DNA of 38,743 nucleotides from Candidatus Woesearchaeota archaeon. Lineage in GTDB: Archaea > Nanobdellota > Nanobdellia > Pacearchaeales > GW2011-AR1. Below are positions 7,812-16,148 of this stretch, one piece after another. The stretch is taken from the NCBI GenBank assembly GCA_964429545.1, contig CAYSCL010000002.1, forward strand, positions 1-38,743, given 5' to 3'. Under the pieces are notes generated by a model. It was not told the DNA's origin, ran no database searches, and worked only from the letters and a program-made list of their open reading frames with translations. Within the stretch, counting starts at the first letter, position 1; each line of letters opens with the position of its first letter. The position numbers and the translations under genes were made by a program.

Positions 7812-9832
7812 AAACCTTTCCTAACATACTCATAAACTTCAGGATATCTATCCACATTCAACATAGTTCGATGAAAAAATTCAACGCCACTGCAATTCCC
7901 TTCAACAAAATAATTCTTCGCCCAAGGCAAATAAGCACTTTCATTCTTAACAATTCCATCGCCAGGAGAACCATCAGTATTACAACCAACACCAACAATC
8001 ATTGAAACATTAATATCTGGTTTTTCTCCAAAATTAAGTTTATTCAAAAACAAACTATCCTTATCCATCATTTCGCAATGTATATTCGCTCCAAAAACAG
8101 GACAACTAGAAAGGACATAACCATCAACGCCATGGTTAGGTGTACCAATCATAACCAAATTATCAACGCTATCTTCCCCAAAAATCTGGACATATCTCCT
8201 AGAAACAAGTCCTCCCATACTATGTGCAACAATATTCACCTTATCCCTATTAGTCATCATCTTAACATTTTCAATAATATCATTAAGTCTCAAAGCATAA
8301 GTATCTAAACTATCTGCTTTAGCTTGTAAACTCAAAGTCTCTTCCTCATTTTGATAAATATCAAAATAATAACTAGCAGCAAAAACAATTTGCCTATTTG
8401 TCCTAGCAAATGTTCCAGTGTTTTCCAATTTTCTAACAATAACATAACCCCCATCAATAACTCCATCTTCAACCAATGATTCTTTAATAGAATTCAAATC
8501 TCCAAGACTACTATCTGCAGAAATCTTATCATTAAAAGAATGTCCATGGACCAAAATTATAGGATATTTTGAAGGATCATCTTGACATTCATTGCCACAA
8601 CAAATCTCACAATCACCCTTATAACAACAAAGAGGCTCTTCAATCTGAATTTCTTTTCCAGAAGAATAATTTGAATAAAAAGGTTTAGAAATAAAACTCA
8701 AATTAAAAGGTTTTAAAGAAGTATAATTGTAGCTAACACTAAAATTCTTCTCCAAATTTTCAAAAGTATTATTAATTATAATAAAAAAATCAGAAACTTG
8801 TTCTTGAGCAATAGATAAATTAAAAACAAAAGTCAAATTTTCCACAAAACCATTATAATCTTTTATTAGAGAAGAAATTTTATGATAATCTTGATTACTA
8901 ATATTCTTTTCATTTTTTAAATCAGAAATTTCATTTCTTACATCCAAACCATCCAAAACAAGATTATTATAGTAAACAAATTTAGAACTAAAATTATCAT
9001 TTATGCCTACAAATAATTCCCTAGTTTCATTAATTTTTTCAAATAACCTATCTCCAAGAACAGCCTCATATTCATAATCTTCCCAATCCTCAATCAATGA
9101 ATCCAAATCGCTACCAATTTGAGTAAGATTATCTCGAGAAAAATTTTCAACCACAATATGTTCAGAAAGAATTTCATACATTTCTTCATTTTCTAAATTA
9201 ATCCTCCTAAGTTCCTCATATTCAAAAATTAATTCCTGTAAAGATTCATTAGCTTCCTCCCTAAAAACTTTTTGCTCTTCACTTAATTCGTAATTCAAAG
9301 CAACCAAATAACTTCTCTTATTTACATCCTCATCAGTTTTACAAAAAGCTGTACGTTGGCTAGAGCAAGCAACTTCAAACAAATACAATTTCTGACCCTC
9401 TCCAATTCTTGGGGCAACCAAAGAATATTCTAATTCATTTGGATTAGAAATTTTGGTAGTAAAATTATTTTTATCTAAAACATAACCATTACTCAAATCT
9501 TCAAAAGAATAACTACAATGGGCTTCACAAAAGAAATTTGTAGAAACATATATGTCAAAATTAACTTTTGCAGTCTCAGAATTCTCGAGAAAAAAATCTT
9601 GGTTATCAGCAGTTAATTTAACCAAAGTATCATTTCCCAACAAAAAATTCACAAACAAATACAACCTAGTACCAAAAATTAAAAAAATTATTAAAATAAA
9701 AGCCGCAATCAAAAAGAAAAGAACCTTATGTTTTTGTTCAATATTTTTTATTTTTTTCCAGAAAGAACTTTTCTTTACTTCAGAGACTTTCTTAATATTT
9801 TTCTTAATCTCTTTTTTCACATCTCTTTTCAT
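7790..9832 (-). CDS. membrane-anchored extracellular alpha/beta-hydrolase (lipase class-2 / PGAP1-like), 680 aa
   Basis: N-terminal basic segment plus transmembrane helix (VLFFLIAAFILIIFLIFG). A long extracellular region carries many N-x-S/T sequons and a Cys cluster CCYKGDCEICCGNEC. The C-terminal domain has ILVHGH, the nucleophile elbow AHSMGG, GTPNHG, GDGIV, and a late His. The first ATG is at 9832 (the track start 9847 is TTG). Confidence 0.7.
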   Translation of the reverse strand: MKRDVKKEIKKNIKKVSEVKKSSFWKKIKNIEQKHKVLFFLIAAFILIIFLIFGTRLYLFVNFLLGNDTLVKLTADNQDFFLENSETAKVNFDIYVSTNFFCEAHCSYSFEDLSNGYVLDKNNFTTKISNPNELEYSLVAPRIGEGQKLYLFEVACSSQRTAFCKTDEDVNKRSYLVALNYELSEEQKVFREEANESLQELIFEYEELRRINLENEEMYEILSEHIVVENFSRDNLTQIGSDLDSLIEDWEDYEYEAVLGDRLFEKINETRELFVGINDNFSSKFVYYNNLVLDGLDVRNEISDLKNEKNISNQDYHKISSLIKDYNGFVENLTFVFNLSIAQEQVSDFFIIINNTFENLEKNFSVSYNYTSLKPFNLSFISKPFYSNYSSGKEIQIEEPLCCYKGDCEICCGNECQDDPSKYPIILVHGHSFNDKISADSSLGDLNSIKESLVEDGVIDGGYVIVRKLENTGTFARTNRQIVFAASYYFDIYQNEEETLSLQAKADSLDTYALRLNDIIENVKMMTNRDKVNIVAHSMGGLVSRRYVQIFGEDSVDNLVMIGTPNHGVDGYVLSSCPVFGANIHCEMMDKDSLFLNKLNFGEKPDINVSMIVGVGCNTDGSPGDGIVKNESAYLPWAKNYFVEGNCSGVEFFHRTMLNVDRYPEVYEYVRKGLELGVRD

Positions 9833-9875
9833 AAAAATTAATAACAAACAAGATTAATAACTCTTTTCCTTAATT

Positions 9876-10484
9876 TCAATCAAAAACCATCCTTGCATCA
9901 ACTATCGTGGCCACCCCATCTTTAACCATCAAAGGATTTATATCTAATTCAGAAATTTCTGGATGCTTACTCAACAATTCCGATAATTTGAAGATTACAT
10001 TTTCAATTGCTTTCCCATCAGGTTTCAAAAGTCCCTTAGAAGCTTTTGTCTCCTTAATCATTTTCTTGATTTCTTCTCTATCCAAAGGGGTTATTCTGAA
10101 ACTAATATCCTTTTTTTCTTCAACATCAGTTCCACCAGAACCAAAACCAATAACTTGACCAAACTCGGGAGTTTTTTTAACACCTATTAAAAATTCCTTT
10201 CCTTCAATCTTACTTTGAAATAACACTCCATTAGCCCCTTTTATCTTTTTTAATTCAGAAAACTCTTCAATAGCATTAGAATAAGTTTTAACATCCAACT
10301 TAATTCCGCCAAGTTTATTCTTATGAACAATATTTTTACCAGAAACTTTCATAACAAAAGGAACCCCTACTTTTTTCAAAGCTTTCCTAATTCCCGATTT
10401 ATTCGAAGAAAAAGCATGAGTAATAACATTAAACCCTTTCTTAGATAAAAATTTTTCTGTTTCCACTTCTCCAACATATTTCAT
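9876..10484 (-). CDS. acdB: ADP-forming acetyl-CoA synthetase, beta subunit (ATP-grasp domain)
   Basis: ATP-grasp-like sequence (VMKVSGKNIVHKNKLGGIKLDV ... ELDINPLMV), about 200 aa, divergent from the alpha-subunit gene. Confidence 0.7.
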   Translation of the reverse strand: MKYVGEVETEKFLSKKGFNVITHAFSSNKSGIRKALKKVGVPFVMKVSGKNIVHKNKLGGIKLDVKTYSNAIEEFSELKKIKGANGVLFQSKIEGKEFLIGVKKTPEFGQVIGFGSGGTDVEEKKDISFRITPLDREEIKKMIKETKASKGLLKPDGKAIENVIFKLSELLSKHPEISELDINPLMVKDGVATIVDARMVFD

Positions 10485-10564
10485 AAAATAATGAATAAAA
10501 AAATAGTTATATAGTTTTCTAATTTTCCCAAAAACTCTATAAATAATAATTCCTAACTAAAAGC

Positions 10565-11770
10565 ATGGAAAAAAAATTAGATTCTTTCTTCAATGCAAAA
10601 TCAGTTGCAATCATAGGAGCTTCAAACAGCCCTGGAAAAGTTGGAAACATAATTATGAAAAAATTAGATAATCTGAAAGGTAAAGTAATTCCAATAAATA
10701 GAAAAGGTGAAGAAATAGAAGGCAACAAATCATATAAAAAAGTTGGAGATTATCCAAAAAAAATAGAACTTGCAATAATTGCCACACCTGCAAAAACTGT
10801 TCCAAAAATAATATTACAATGTGCAAAAAAAGGAATAAAAAATATAATCATAATTTCAGCAGGATTTTCTGAAGTAGGAAATTTTAATTTAGAAAAGAAA
10901 ATTATGAAACTAAAATTCAAACATGAATTAAACATATTGGGTCCAAATTGTTTTGGAATGATTAATCCAAAGAAAAATTTAGATTTAACTTTTGCAAAAG
11001 AAACTGTAAAGAAAGGAAACACTGTATTCATAAGTCAAAGTGGAGCACTAGGAAGTTATATATTAGATTATAAAATACCTCTGAGAGGATTTATTTCAGT
11101 TGGAAATATGATGGATTTGAATTTTGCAGATTGGATTGAATATTTCAACGAAGACAAAAAAACAAAAAAAATTGTTTGTTATATAGAATCATTGCACGAT
11201 GGAAAAAGATTCATAGAAGCATGTAAAAAATCAACAAAAGAAATAATTGTGATAAAAGCTGGACAGACAGAAACTGGAAAACATGCAACAATGTCCCATA
11301 CTGCAAGTTTGGCAACAGATAATGAAATTTACAAAGGAGCATTCAAACAAGCAGGAGTAAAACAAACAAAATCCTTAATTAGGGCATTCGGAATTAGGGA
11401 AGAAAATATTGTCTATAAATTAAAAGGTAAAAAAATTGCAATAATAACAAATGCGGGAGGCGCAGGAGCTTTACTAACAGATCAATTAGAATCTCAAGGA
11501 TACCAAATAACTGGTCCAAAAGATATTCTTGGAACAGCCACAGCAAAAGATTACAAAAGTGCAATTAACAGAATAAAATCAAACTATGATTCAATAATTA
11601 TAATCTTAACCCCTCAAACTATGTCCCAACCAGAAAAAACAGCATGTATGATTGCAGAATCAAAATTCAAAAATAAAATAGTGGCCTGCTTTTTAGGAGA
11701 CAAATCAATTCAAGACGCAATAAAAATATTCCAAGAAAATGGAATTAGTTACATAACAAAAGCAGTTTAG
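10565..11770 (+). CDS. acdA: ADP-forming acetyl-CoA synthetase, alpha subunit (CoA-binding + ligase-CoA domains)
   Basis: N-terminal SVAIIGASNSPGKVGN CoA-binding Rossmann motif, NILGPNCFG, and a phospho-His loop region KHATMSHTASLA. Confidence 0.8.
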   Translation: MEKKLDSFFNAKSVAIIGASNSPGKVGNIIMKKLDNLKGKVIPINRKGEEIEGNKSYKKVGDYPKKIELAIIATPAKTVPKIILQCAKKGIKNIIIISAGFSEVGNFNLEKKIMKLKFKHELNILGPNCFGMINPKKNLDLTFAKETVKKGNTVFISQSGALGSYILDYKIPLRGFISVGNMMDLNFADWIEYFNEDKKTKKIVCYIESLHDGKRFIEACKKSTKEIIVIKAGQTETGKHATMSHTASLATDNEIYKGAFKQAGVKQTKSLIRAFGIREENIVYKLKGKKIAIITNAGGAGALLTDQLESQGYQITGPKDILGTATAKDYKSAINRIKSNYDSIIIILTPQTMSQPEKTACMIAESKFKNKIVACFLGDKSIQDAIKIFQENGISYITKAV

Positions 11771-11776
11771 ATTTCT

Positions 11777-12427
11777 ATGAAAAACAAAACAATTCAACCA
11801 ATAATGAAAATTCTTGAAAAAGAATTTCCTGCAAGTACAACAACACTCAACAATATGAGAGGAAAAGCAGATGCATTCAAAATATTAATTTCATGCTTAT
11901 TATCACTAAGGGCAAGAGATGAAGTAACAGAAATCATATCAGAAAAACTTTTCAAAATTGCAGATACTCCAGAAAAAATAATCCAGCTCCCAACTCCCAA
12001 ACTTAAAAAAATAATTTTCCAATCAGGTCATTATAACAAAAAAACAATCGCATTAAAATCCGTATCAAAAGAAATAATAAAAAAATTCAAAGGAAAAGTT
12101 CCAAAAACTTATGGTGAGTTAATTTCAATAAAACACATTGGACCAAAAACAGCAAATATCGTTCTTGCATTCGCATACGACCAACCAGTCATTCCTGTAG
12201 ATACGCATTGCCACAGAGTTCCAAATAGAATAGGTTGGGTAAAGACAAAAACTCCTGAACAAACAGAACAAGAATTATTAAAAATACTACCAAAAAAATA
12301 CTGGAAAGAATTTAACTCAATATTTGTCCAATTTGGAAGAACAATTTGTGTTCCAATTTCTCCAAAATGTTCTGAATGTCCAATAAACAAATATTGTGAA
12401 AAAGTTGGAGTAAAAAAATCTAGATAA
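11777..12427 (+). CDS. nth: endonuclease III (HhH-GPD DNA glycosylase/AP lyase)
   Basis: Helix-hairpin-helix LISIKHIGPKTANIVL, catalytic VDTH, and the C-terminal 4Fe-4S loop C-x6-C-x2-C-x5-C (CVPISPKCSECPINKYC). Confidence 0.85.
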   Translation: MKNKTIQPIMKILEKEFPASTTTLNNMRGKADAFKILISCLLSLRARDEVTEIISEKLFKIADTPEKIIQLPTPKLKKIIFQSGHYNKKTIALKSVSKEIIKKFKGKVPKTYGELISIKHIGPKTANIVLAFAYDQPVIPVDTHCHRVPNRIGWVKTKTPEQTEQELLKILPKKYWKEFNSIFVQFGRTICVPISPKCSECPINKYCEKVGVKKSR

Positions 12428-12434
12428 CCCAAAC

Positions 12435-12447
12435 CTTTAAAAATAAA
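12435..12447 (+). promoter_or_regulatory. TATA box (ctttaaaaataaa) about 25 nt upstream of the L41e ATG
   Basis: The spacing and sequence fit the window-wide promoter pattern. Confidence 0.35.
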
Positions 12448-12464
12448 ATCTTATTCAAACTCTT

Positions 12465-12572
12465 ATGAAAAGAAGTTCAAGACGTTGGAAAAAGAAAGGC
12501 CAAATGAGATGGAAATGGCAAAGGAAAAAGCTTAGAAAAGAAAAGCACAAGCGTAAAAGTAAGAAAAGTTAG
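12465..12572 (+). CDS. rpl41e: ribosomal protein L41e (35 aa; absent from the ORF track because it is shorter than 60 aa)
   Basis: Hand translation gives MKRSSRRWKKKGQMRWKWQRKKLRKEKHKRKSKKS. The RWKKKG-MRWKW core is as I recall it for archaeal L41e. The gene has its own TATA box. Confidence 0.65.
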   Translation: MKRSSRRWKKKGQMRWKWQRKKLRKEKHKRKSKKS

Positions 12573-12625
12573 ACTTAGATAATTCTGAACACAACTCTTA
12601 TAAAAGAGAATAATTTTAAGCAAAC

Positions 12626-12916
12626 ATGACAGTTGATAAATGGTATGAATTTTTTAATATAAATAATGGTGAACCAGTTGCTTATATGAAAGGAGAAAAA
12701 AGTTCTTTGAATTATGACAAATCTACAAATAGAGAATATTATTTTGAAGAACTCTCACAAACAGCAATAGATTTAGAATATAAATTAATAAATGAAGGTT
12801 CGCCAGAAGGATATTTCAAATACAAATCCCATGCAGAAAAATTCAATCAAGAAGCACTGAATGGAAAAGGAATAATTGAGCCAAATACTATAAATCGGAG
12901 AAAACCCAGCACATAA
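12626..12916 (+). CDS. hypothetical protein (96 aa)
   Basis: ORF with a TATA-like cttataaaag about 30 nt upstream. No motif recognised. Confidence 0.4.
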   Translation: MTVDKWYEFFNINNGEPVAYMKGEKSSLNYDKSTNREYYFEELSQTAIDLEYKLINEGSPEGYFKYKSHAEKFNQEALNGKGIIEPNTINRRKPST

Positions 12917-12948
12917 TAAAAAATATCTTTTTAAAATAAAAAATATGC

Positions 12949-13029
12949 GATTGGCATTTCACTACAGCAAAAAATCTTCCAACATTTTGACCACAAAAAG
13001 AAAATGGTGTGATTGTCATTTCACCACAG
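12949..13029 (+). promoter_or_regulatory. pair of direct 19-nt boxes upstream of the RFC operon promoter
   Basis: gattgGcatttcacTacag (12949-12967) and gattgTcatttcacCacag (13011-13029) match at 17 of 19 positions and are 62 bp apart. The second box ends 10 nt before the TATA box. Confidence 0.45.
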
Positions 13030-13038
13030 TAAAACAAT

Positions 13039-13050
13039 CTTTATAAAAAA
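13039..13050 (+). promoter_or_regulatory. TATA box (ctttataaaaaa) about 25 nt upstream of the rfcS ATG
   Basis: Sequence and spacing. Confidence 0.45.
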
Positions 13051-13068
13051 ACAATTCTTAAAATTCTT

Positions 13069-14028
13069 ATGACAAGCGAAATTTGGACAGAAAAATATAG
13101 GCCAAAAAAATTTGAAGAATTAGCAGGCCAAGAAGCAATAATAAAAAGAGTTGAAGCATTAACAAATTCATTAAATATACCTCATCTTTTATTTGCAGGC
13201 CCAGCAGGAACAGGAAAATCTACTCTGGCATTAATTGTTGTAAAAGAATTATTTGGAGAAAATTGGAGAGATAATTATTTAGAATTAAATGCCTCTGACG
13301 AAAGAGGAATTCAAGTAGTGAGGGAAAAAGTAAAGGATTTTGCAAGAACAAAATCTCTTGGAAACGTTCCATTCAAAGTTATCTTTCTTGATGAAGCTGA
13401 TGCCCTAACACCAGAAGCACAACAAGCATTAAGAAGAACAATGGAAAACTATGCTTCAACATGTAGATTCGTGATGTCTTGTAACTATTCTTCAAAAATA
13501 ATTGATCCAATACAATCGAGATGTGCAGTATTCAGATTCAAATTATTAGAAAAAAAGGATGTAGAAAAAGTAATCAAAAGAATTGCACAAGCAGAAAATT
13601 TAGAAATTGATGATGAAGCAATTACTGCGATTTATGAAGCGAGTGAAGGTGATTGTAGACGTTCAGTGAACCTGATGCAATCAACATCTTCAGTATCTCC
13701 GAAAATAACAAAAGATTTAGTATCGACAATAGCTTCAGAAGCGAGACCAAAAGATATCAAAGTTGTTTTAGAATATGCTTTAGCAGGAGACTTTGAAGGT
13801 TCAAGAGAAAAACTATTAAATGTTATGCTTAAAGAATCAGTTTCAGGACAAGATGTAATTAAACAAATGCAAAAAGAAATTTGGAATTTAACAATCGAAC
13901 CAGAAATAAAAGTAAAACTAACAGAAAAAACTGGTGAAGCAGAGTTTAGAATTGTCGAAGGCTCAGATCCATTCATTCAACTCCAAGCATTATTAGCTTC
14001 ATTTGTTTTAGCTGGTTTGGGAAAATAG
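13069..14028 (+). CDS. rfcS: replication factor C small subunit
   Basis: WTEKYRP N-terminus, Walker A GPAGTGKST, Walker B FLDEADALT, and the SRC motif QSRCAVFRF. Confidence 0.9.
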   Translation: MTSEIWTEKYRPKKFEELAGQEAIIKRVEALTNSLNIPHLLFAGPAGTGKSTLALIVVKELFGENWRDNYLELNASDERGIQVVREKVKDFARTKSLGNVPFKVIFLDEADALTPEAQQALRRTMENYASTCRFVMSCNYSSKIIDPIQSRCAVFRFKLLEKKDVEKVIKRIAQAENLEIDDEAITAIYEASEGDCRRSVNLMQSTSSVSPKITKDLVSTIASEARPKDIKVVLEYALAGDFEGSREKLLNVMLKESVSGQDVIKQMQKEIWNLTIEPEIKVKLTEKTGEAEFRIVEGSDPFIQLQALLASFVLAGLGK

Positions 14029-14035
14029 TTCTAAA

Positions 14036-14311
14036 ATGACCATAATAAAACCCAGGCATTACGAAATATGGGATGGCCAAATAAAATCTTTAAAAAAAGA
14101 ATGTGATGGTTGTGATTGGTACATAAAAATTGAAAATGAAGAATTATGTGGAGTTGGCAAAGCATTCAAATACCTATCTCCTCCAAAATTAAATAGAAAA
14201 TGTGTAGAAAAAAATAAATTATTTATGACTGATAGATCATTAGAATATTTAATAAAAATAAAAAATGGTAAACCAACAATTGATGCAGAACAATTGAGGT
14301 TATGGGAATAA
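14036..14311 (+). CDS. hypothetical small Cys-containing protein (91 aa) inside the RFC operon
   Basis: It starts 8 nt after the rfcS stop and ends 1 nt before the rfcL ATG. It contains CDGC...C...C. No family recognised. Confidence 0.5.
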   Translation: MTIIKPRHYEIWDGQIKSLKKECDGCDWYIKIENEELCGVGKAFKYLSPPKLNRKCVEKNKLFMTDRSLEYLIKIKNGKPTIDAEQLRLWE

Positions 14312-14312
14312 A

Positions 14313-15494
14313 ATGAAATCTTGGGTAGAAAAATACAGACCAGAAACATTGTCTGCTTTAATAGGGCAAGAAGAAGCAATTGAACAAGTTCAAAATTACT
14401 TGGAAGACTTTCCAAAAGTAAGAAGAAAGGCACTTTTACTTAATGGTCCCCCTGGAATAGGAAAAACGACATTAGTTCACGTATTTGCAAAAGAAAACAG
14501 ATACGAAATATTTGAATTAAATGCATCTGACTTAAGAAATAAAAGATCATTACATGAAAAATTAAAACCAGTATTAGAACAAACTTCCCTATTCAATAAA
14601 AACAAAATAATACTTGTAGATGAAGTTGATGGCCTTTCAGGGATGCAAGACAGGGGAGGCGTTTCAGAATTAGTTACATTAATAGAATCAACAAACTTTC
14701 CAATAATTTGTGCCGCAAATGATGCCTGGGCAAAAAAATTATCTCCTTTAAGGAAAAAAACAAACATCATAGAACTAAAAGACATAAGCCCTGCAGAAAC
14801 AAAACAACTACTAAAAACAATACTAGGAAAAGAAAATAAAACAATAAATGATAAAGTGCTCAACCAGATATCAATCAAGGCAAGAGGGGACCTTAGAAGC
14901 GCAATAAACGACCTTGAAGCCGCAACATCAATGGAAAACCCAGAAGAAATATTCATAGATGAACGAAACAAAAAATTAGACATCTTTAATGCATTAAAAC
15001 ATATTTTTCAAGATAAAGCAAATCAAGAAATGCTTGGAACTTTTGATAAAGTAGATATGCAAATGGATGAAATAATACTGTGGCTAGAAGAAAATATTTC
15101 AAAAGTATACTCTGGAGAAGACTTAGCAAAAGCATATCAAAGATTAGGAAATGTGGATTTGTTCAAAGGGAGAATATACAAACAACAATACTGGCGTTTC
15201 TTAGTTTACGAAAACATATTTGGAAGCTATGGAATTTCGCAAGCAAAAGGAGAAAAAAGAATTGATGGATTCAAAAAATATTCAAAACCAGGAAGAATAT
15301 TGAAAATTTGGCTAAACAACCAAAAACATGGAAAAAAGAAAACGATAGCAATAAAATACGCAGAAAAAACCCACGTAGGATACAAAAGAATAATGTCCCA
15401 ATGGAAAGAAATCAAACCCCAACTAAAAAATCCAATAATCCAAAAAGAACTAAAACTCGACCAAGATGAAATTAATTATGTTATGAAGTATTAG
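14313..15494 (+). CDS. rfcL: replication factor C large subunit (short form, 393 aa)
   Basis: WVEKYRP N-terminus, Walker A GPPGIGKTT, Walker B LVDEVDG, and an AAA+ lid region. No C-terminal PIP-like box is visible. Confidence 0.8.
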   Translation: MKSWVEKYRPETLSALIGQEEAIEQVQNYLEDFPKVRRKALLLNGPPGIGKTTLVHVFAKENRYEIFELNASDLRNKRSLHEKLKPVLEQTSLFNKNKIILVDEVDGLSGMQDRGGVSELVTLIESTNFPIICAANDAWAKKLSPLRKKTNIIELKDISPAETKQLLKTILGKENKTINDKVLNQISIKARGDLRSAINDLEAATSMENPEEIFIDERNKKLDIFNALKHIFQDKANQEMLGTFDKVDMQMDEIILWLEENISKVYSGEDLAKAYQRLGNVDLFKGRIYKQQYWRFLVYENIFGSYGISQAKGEKRIDGFKKYSKPGRILKIWLNNQKHGKKKTIAIKYAEKTHVGYKRIMSQWKEIKPQLKNPIIQKELKLDQDEINYVMKY

Positions 15495-16008
15495 GCATAT
15501 TTGGAAAAATAAATTCTAGCCCACGATAATCTTTTATTTTCATTTGATAATCTTCATATCCAGAAAAATTCCGAATTTCCCAAAGAGTATTATTAAAATA
15601 CTCATCATATTTGCCCCCAATTTCAACTATTGATTTCCCAATATTAAAAATTTCTTTCATTTTATTTTTATTCGGATTTTTGAAAAATATTTTTGATTCA
15701 TCAGAATATTTTTTTAATAATTCATCAACAATAAAAATAGGGTAAAATTCTTTCCTTTCAAAAAGATCTTCAAAATTAATAGAATCATAGTGTTTTTCAA
15801 GACGAGATATTATTCCACTAAATATTTTGCCATAATCTCTTTCAGATTTAGAATAAACAATTGCTTCAATTTGATTATTACATCCACAAATGGCATTCCC
15901 AAAACCCTTATAATAATACTTAGCCAAATGATTAGCTTTCAAAATTAAATCTTCAACTGTTTGCATAAATTCCCAATAAAAATCATACTTATAAAATTTT
16001 ATATCCAA
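15481..16008 (-). CDS. hypothetical protein
   Basis: ORF convergent with rfcL, overlapping it by 14 nt. The track start is TTG and the first ATG is at 15966. No motif recognised. Confidence 0.4.
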   Translation of the reverse strand: MDIKFYKYDFYWEFMQTVEDLILKANHLAKYYYKGFGNAICGCNNQIEAIVYSKSERDYGKIFSGIISRLEKHYDSINFEDLFERKEFYPIFIVDELLKKYSDESKIFFKNPNKNKMKEIFNIGKSIVEIGGKYDEYFNNTLWEIRNFSGYEDYQMKIKDYRGLEFIFPNMPNTS

Positions 16009-16074
16009 AATAATAATTTTGAATTACCTGATTTATCAGGTTCTTGTACAGGAAAGAAATAGGCAGTATTTTTT

Positions 16075-16142
16075 ATTCTGGAGAGGCATTTTATTCTGTG
16101 GCGTAGCAGAGCTACACGAAGATGAAATAACAAAACTAGAAT
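16075..16142. repeat. long imperfect hairpin repeat, copy 2 of 2 (first copy 4494-4562)
   Basis: Terminal stem attctgga/actagaat and core stem gcgtagc-aga-gctacac. It ends 7 nt from the stop of the minus-strand gene at 16149. Confidence 0.65.
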
Positions 16143-16148
16143 AAAAAG

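Noticed and set aside
16026-16041. The palindrome acctgat-tt-atcaggt upstream of 15481..16008 as an operator
   Set aside because: It is a single 7-bp palindrome with no second copy in the window, and the downstream gene's start is uncertain. The evidence is insufficient.
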